Both the position numbers and the translations under genes were made by a program. Below are positions 15,844 through 20,000 of a DNA stretch of 20,000 bases, piece by piece; the first letter of the stretch is position 1, and the number at the start of each line of letters is the position of its first letter. The stretch is from an uncultured virus (IMG/VR IMGVR_UViG_3300002231_000753) (lineage: Duplodnaviria > Heunggongvirae > Uroviricota > Caudoviricetes > Schitoviridae), in IMG/VR virus record IMGVR_UViG_3300002231_000753, positions 56,094 through 76,093 of that record. The stretch is one strand, 5' to 3'. The notes below the pieces were generated by a model. The model searched no databases. It was not told the DNA's origin and was given only the letters and a program-made list of their open reading frames with translations.

Positions 15844-15920
15844 TGGCATGCCTCCAGGGATTCGAACCCCGAACCAAGAAATTTGGAATTTCCCGCTCTA
15901 CCAGACTGCGCTACATCCCG
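15844..15920 (-). tRNA. Chimeric/pseudo tRNA: tRNA-Pro-like 5' end joined to the body of tRNA-Trp(CCA)
   Basis: Anticodon arm GGAAA-TTCCAAA-TTTCT, T arm CGGGG-TTCGAAT-CCCTG and CCA end are intact. The 5' CGGGATG cannot pair with the 3' GAGGCAT, and the D stem GCGC/GAGC is mismatched. Confidence 0.7.
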
Positions 15921-15941
15921 TATTCTTTTAATCCATAAACT

Positions 15942-15972
15942 AAAAAACCCCAGCTTTTTAGGGCTGAGGTCT
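15942..15972 (-). terminator. Attenuator terminator directly upstream of the tRNA cluster
   Basis: ACCTCAGC-CCTAAAAA-GCTGGGGT followed by TTTTT. Confidence 0.75.
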
Positions 15973-16028
15973 TTGGGTTATCAATCGTCTCAGCCATTTA
16001 TCTGCTGAGCACGTGCACTCACCAGAAG

Positions 16029-16079
16029 TTAATCAGGTTGTGGCCACGGTTGATAAGTATTTTTAGTAAATGATTTCAT
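16029..16079 (-). CDS. Putative attenuator leader peptide MKSFTKNTYQPWPQPD
   Basis: ATG AAA TCA TTT ACT AAA AAT ACT TAT CAA CCG TGG CCA CAA CCT GAT TAA. Confidence 0.65.
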   Translation of the reverse strand: MKSFTKNTYQPWPQPD

Positions 16080-16103
16080 ATTTTCACTATAGGTTAAATA
16101 TTA

Positions 16104-16270
16104 CAAAAAATAAACCCCCTTAGATCATTGTAGGCGGCTAGGAGTACCAGATCTAAGAGGGCTATTTCAATCAGCAAACCACTGCTGGGATTCAAACCAT
16201 GCAAGGAAACGGAACATGGTCACTGGTCGAATTAACAAAGGGGTCTAATTCAGTGCTAATCCAATTCAGT
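16104..16270 (-). ncRNA. Putative structured small RNA (~165 nt)
   Basis: Preceded by TTGTTA-N17-TAATAT, has multi-stem pairing, ends in CCCTCTTAGATC...GATCTAAGGGGG-TTTATTTTTT. Confidence 0.45.
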
Positions 16271-16276
16271 AAGGTG

Positions 16277-16305
16277 ATATTAGTTATTAATAATAATATT
16301 AACAA
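16277..16305 (-). promoter_or_regulatory. Sigma70-type promoter
   Basis: -35 TTGTTA (16305-16300), 17-nt spacer, -10 TAATAT (16282-16277). The AT-rich context lowers specificity. Confidence 0.45.
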
Positions 16306-16833
16306 GTATTAATTATTATAGGCCGTCATCGGTTGCGATTTTGCTCCCCCGAGCAAATATCGCATGTAGAGCGGCCAGTATATATATTATTAATTATATA
16401 CGTAATTATTTACCTATAGTCTGCAATCGATTTCGCTTCGCTCATCTCAATTGACTACCGGTAAATAATTACTGGTAAGTTAGGGAGATTTTTTAAGGGT
16501 TGCTACGAACTCATCCGAAGGATGGGTGAGCCGTCTTCTTTATTAGTAATAGTCTTTATTAGGTGGCCATTTTTGGCTAGCCAAATATGACCATATATGT
16601 AACTGGCCATATATGGCCATCGACTATATATTCTTACAGTATAAAAACAATAATTTTTGAATAACTTGAACAGACGCAAAATAGCGACTATAGTTCCTAC
16701 TACCTACAAGAAACAGCAATTTTACGTCGATCTAAGGTAGTTTAGGTAATACGTCACTAGCCACATTTGTCCGGCAATTTAGGATTCAAAGGAAATTGGG
16801 GCAGATATCCCACGAATTTAGGAAAAATCAGGT

Positions 16834-17196
16834 ATGCACATTAAGAAAAGTTTACCCAACAGAAGCTTCACTAAAATGGATAATCGTATATTTGTTGATC
16901 CAAATCTAAGTGATGGCGCCATACGGTTATATGGGTTCCTGGCTAGTTTACCTAATGGTAAAACCATCGTGGATAAGTACATCATGAAGTCCATGGACAT
17001 ATCCCAACGAGTACTGTCTCGACGTAAAAGTGAGCTCAAAGAGGCTGGGTTAATCTATATGGAACAATTGGCCCCTCGGGTGTATGACCTTTATATTGGT
17101 TACCCAGACATGCCGGCAAAGAAGGTACGAGAGCACTGGAGAGATGATATTAGTGATAACTCGGAAGATACTGGGTCATTGAGAAGTGTTAATTAA
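16834..17196 (+). CDS. Winged helix-turn-helix protein resembling the N-terminal domain of phage replication initiators
   Basis: FTKMDNRIF-x-D-x-NLS-x-GA-x-RLY-x-FL-x-SLP ... IS-x-R-x-x-x-R-x-x-x-EL-x-x-x-GLI. Confidence 0.75.
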   Translation: MHIKKSLPNRSFTKMDNRIFVDPNLSDGAIRLYGFLASLPNGKTIVDKYIMKSMDISQRVLSRRKSELKEAGLIYMEQLAPRVYDLYIGYPDMPAKKVREHWRDDISDNSEDTGSLRSVN

Positions 17197-17488
17197 TAGG
17201 AGATAAGTCATGCCAGTAAGTTATTTAATAAATTGCCATATAGAATCCAGGAACCCGGTTAAACCGACATTCCCCCTTTTCACAGATAATCAGTAGTACT
17301 GGTCAGGTTGAACTGGTTCCTCAATTAGACGGTTATGCCATTATTCCGATAGAGGTATATAATCAATTGGTACCAAGTACTGCTAACCCTTCAGTTAGTG
17401 AATTCACTCGACGGATACATAAGACTGAAGGGTTTCCAGGAACACTTAAGACATTCAAACATTATCTAAAACAACTGAGAGCACAATC

Positions 17489-17716
17489 ATGACAGAAGAA
17501 AATGCAGTAACCGATGAAACCCAAGAAAAAATGGTCACAGTCACACGTGAGAAACAATATAAAGCGTTTAAACGTATGGCATTGCACCGTAAGTTCCAGT
17601 TCTTATTTAATACTCTCATGGACATTAAAGATGGAACAGATCAGGTGAAGTCAGAAGTAGCTGAAGTCGAAAGTGAAACACCTCCACCAGCAACTAACCC
17701 ATTTACTTACAGATAA
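17489..17716 (+). CDS. Hypothetical protein
   Basis: 75 aa ORF with plausible composition. Confidence 0.6.
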   Translation: MTEENAVTDETQEKMVTVTREKQYKAFKRMALHRKFQFLFNTLMDIKDGTDQVKSEVAEVESETPPPATNPFTYR

Positions 17717-17809
17717 TATTAATTAGCCCCGGTAGTGCTACGACGAATGAGCGCAAGCGAAATGAGAAGTAAAGCACGATTAGGGGCTAATGATTAAGGC
17801 AAGGAAACT

Positions 17810-18355
17810 ATGAATACAGACAACTTAAGACAACGCTTCGGATCTATACTTACCGATTTTGTTACCAGAATTCTCTCTGATGATTGTGACAATCAGAATA
17901 TTAATATTGTGACTAAAGAAGTTAATGCCACTGCAGAAGGCTTAGTCATAGCGTATTTGAAAGAAGCTGATCCATCAAAAGCAAGCCCCACTTCAGCAGA
18001 GCCCGTATATAAGAAACAATCCCGTTACCTCAATGGTGAAGGCAAGTTAGATCATATTGATGAATGTGCTCGGGACTTATCGCCAGAAGAATTTCGTGGC
18101 GCCATGAAGTTTACGTCAGGTAAGTACCTCAAACGATTGGGTAAAAAAGACAGCATTATCCAAGAGTTAGAGAAGATTCATGATTACATTGGTCGCTGGT
18201 TAGCGTATGAACGTAAGCAAAGTTCGCTTGCTATAAGACAGGATGATACCCAGTCATGTCAGCCAGATATGAATCAAATTATAGGTTCAGGGCGCACACT
18301 TAATACTAAATTTGATTTCCCTACGTCAGTAATGATAGACAAAATGGATAACTAA
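17810..18355 (+). CDS. DUF3310-like domain protein (family includes T7 gp1.7-like and SaV-like proteins)
   Basis: Y-x-x-GEG-x-x-DHID ... SPEEFRGAMKF-x-x-GKY-x-x-R-x-GKKD-x-x-x-QEL-x-KI-x-DY, AAGGA RBS. Confidence 0.7.
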   Translation: MNTDNLRQRFGSILTDFVTRILSDDCDNQNINIVTKEVNATAEGLVIAYLKEADPSKASPTSAEPVYKKQSRYLNGEGKLDHIDECARDLSPEEFRGAMKFTSGKYLKRLGKKDSIIQELEKIHDYIGRWLAYERKQSSLAIRQDDTQSCQPDMNQIIGSGRTLNTKFDFPTSVMIDKMDN

Positions 18356-18425
18356 GCTAATCTTATTAATGTATTGAAAAGTTGTACCTCTACTTAAGCA
18401 TTTTGCTCTCCTGACAAAAATTGCT

Positions 18426-18449
18426 AGCCCCATTCATTGGGGCTTTTTT
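18426..18449 (+). terminator. Intrinsic terminator
   Basis: AGCCCCA-TTCAT-TGGGGCT followed by TTTTT. Confidence 0.7.
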
Positions 18450-18497
18450 GTGTCTGTTAACTATACTTAGTTTTATTCACAGATCGGGGGATCTACC

Positions 18498-18716
18498 ATG
18501 CCCATTCCAACAAATGATTATGAAATCCTATTAACTAAGAAATACTGGAAACGACAGTTCTATGTTGTAACTGGCGGTAGACCTATGCAGCTAATTTGCG
18601 AAAGCCGGCATGTACCGGAGAAAGGCAAACCGATGCACCGTTATCTAGATAAGTTTGGCAGAGTTTGGCTAGCAGCTGGACCATGGGCTCGATTCCGGGT
18701 ACCGCGAACCCATTAG
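18498..18716 (+). CDS. Small basic hypothetical protein
   Basis: 72 aa, GGGGGA RBS. Confidence 0.6.
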   Translation: MPIPTNDYEILLTKKYWKRQFYVVTGGRPMQLICESRHVPEKGKPMHRYLDKFGRVWLAAGPWARFRVPRTH

Positions 18717-18785
18717 TATCCAGTATTAGGGCTATCTGCTATCCTATAAACAAAATTTATACAGCAAAATAGCGAGAAGATTACG

Positions 18786-20000
18786 ATGCCTTATCCGCTA
18801 AACACTACAAATTACTTTTATGGGATAGAGTTTACTGGAAAGTTTCACTCTAAGTTTCGTAAAGGTAATATGCCAGATAATAATCCTTATCAAACGTTAG
18901 GGATTCCCTCACCTACCTGGGGAGTACAGGATTCACGCCCCAACAGACCTTCTGATTGGTCGAGTGAAGTAGCCAATTACTATTACATCAAGCACTCAAC
19001 CGGAAGTGATGCCAACGACTACGGTACTCCTTCTGTACCTAGAAAAACTCTACCCTATCCGATACCTGCAGGCGCCTACATTGAGATTGATGGCGCCTAT
19101 GCAGAATTAATCGCAAATGATATGCGTATATGGGGGCAAGGCACTAGCTTTGCGCCTATTTGGATAGTTGGCGCTACTGGGACAAGTCCCGAATTCAATG
19201 CAGGAGGCCAGAAAACGCTGGTCTTCGGTAGCTATATTTATATAGCAGACATTAAATGTGATGGCACTACTAGCGGTCCAGCTATGCAGATAGCCAGTAC
19301 TTCAGATGACATGTTTGCTTCTCACCACATCATGCTGAATAACGTTGAAATCACTGGCAATGTGACTACGGGTGGAGGGCTTATAGTAGTCAACACTCCT
19401 ACAAGTATTACTAACAACATCATTGCCATCGGTGGCGAGATCCACACTTTAGGGCCGCAAGTTGATGCCGATTTTGACGCTCACGGTATATCACTTGGTG
19501 ACGGTACCCAGAAAATTTGGGTACTTGGAATGCACATCCATGATACTGCTGGTTCGGGTATACAAGTAGGCACAGGTGGGGGCGGTACTGAGAATACTCG
19601 ACATATTTATATCGGCAAAAATCTAGTCAATAACACTCGCCAATCAGGTATTTGGGCTAAAGCTACAACAGATGCAATTGTCTCTATGAATATCGTCCAT
19701 GACATTCAGGACAGATGTGTTGGACAAGATTCATCCCCAAGTAAAGGTATGGGTGGCCAGTACCGATTAGAAAATGTTTGGTGGATAAATAATACTATTT
19801 ACAACTGCCGATATGGTATCAGAGCTGCATCTACTAACACTGGTTCGGGTAAATCCATATACGCCATAGGCAATACAATAAGTACTATTGATGGCGCCCT
19901 TACAGGCGGCGCATGTTTCCCTAATGACCCTGATGGTACGAATAACTGGGACGATGCAGCGGTACATTTAGAAGGTTGCGACGATCGTTGGATTGTGGAT
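18786..20000 (+). CDS. Right-handed parallel beta-helix (pectin-lyase-like) protein, putative tailspike/depolymerase. Partial, runs off the window.
   Basis: Not in the track. Open frame of 405 codons from ATG 18786 (MPYPLNTTNYFYG...) with GSDANDYGTPSVPRKTL and PbH1-like repeats: DAHGISL, HIHDTAGSGIQV, YIGKNLVNNTRQSGI, SMNIVHDI, WWINNTIYNCRYGI, AIGNTI. Confidence 0.8.
   Translation, partial: MPYPLNTTNYFYGIEFTGKFHSKFRKGNMPDNNPYQTLGIPSPTWGVQDSRPNRPSDWSSEVANYYYIKHSTGSDANDYGTPSVPRKTLPYPIPAGAYIEIDGAYAELIANDMRIWGQGTSFAPIWIVGATGTSPEFNAGGQKTLVFGSYIYIADIKCDGTTSGPAMQIASTSDDMFASHHIMLNNVEITGNVTTGGGLIVVNTPTSITNNIIAIGGEIHTLGPQVDADFDAHGISLGDGTQKIWVLGMHIHDTAGSGIQVGTGGGGTENTRHIYIGKNLVNNTRQSGIWAKATTDAIVSMNIVHDIQDRCVGQDSSPSKGMGGQYRLENVWWINNTIYNCRYGIRAASTNTGSGKSIYAIGNTISTIDGALTGGACFPNDPDGTNNWDDAAVHLEGCDDRWIVD

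Noticed and set aside
14526..19967. Track ORFs 14526..14738(+), 15129..15344(-), 15479..15667(+), 16818..17039(-) and 19767..19967(-)
   Set aside because: They overlap better-supported genes or regulatory DNA and have no motifs or RBS.

Overview
AT-rich phage DNA from an N4-like (Schitoviridae-type) podovirus. The window probably spans the junction of the two genome ends near 14.6-14.7 kb. Left of the junction, on the minus strand, is the early/middle region: a gp1-position gene, a Drc/gp2-like ssDNA-binding RNAP cofactor, many small ORFs, a split two-subunit T7-type RNA polymerase, a MoxR-type AAA ATPase and the start of a HEXXH metallopeptidase/VWA-type gene. About 16 divergent paralogues of one ~80-110 aa domain (N-terminal M-[NT]-x-x-x-F-x-x-N-L-x-[IL]-[LM]-G-F) lie around the ATPase, 15 of them between the ATPase and the peptidase gene. 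Right of the junction are a perfect chromosomal-type parS palindrome, a structured non-coding region, a small tRNA cluster (Gln-TTG and a Pro/Trp chimera), plus-strand genes (wHTH, DUF3310-like) and the start of a beta-helix protein. The strongest novel signal is a candidate ribosome-mediated attenuator upstream of the tRNA cluster. Its 16-codon leader ends in Q-P-W-P-Q-P-D, matching the amino acids of the downstream tRNAs, and is followed by mutually exclusive hairpins and a terminator. Several frameshifts look like homopolymer over-calls, so single-base details need read-level confirmation. All family assignments come from motif recognition by eye, not from database searches.
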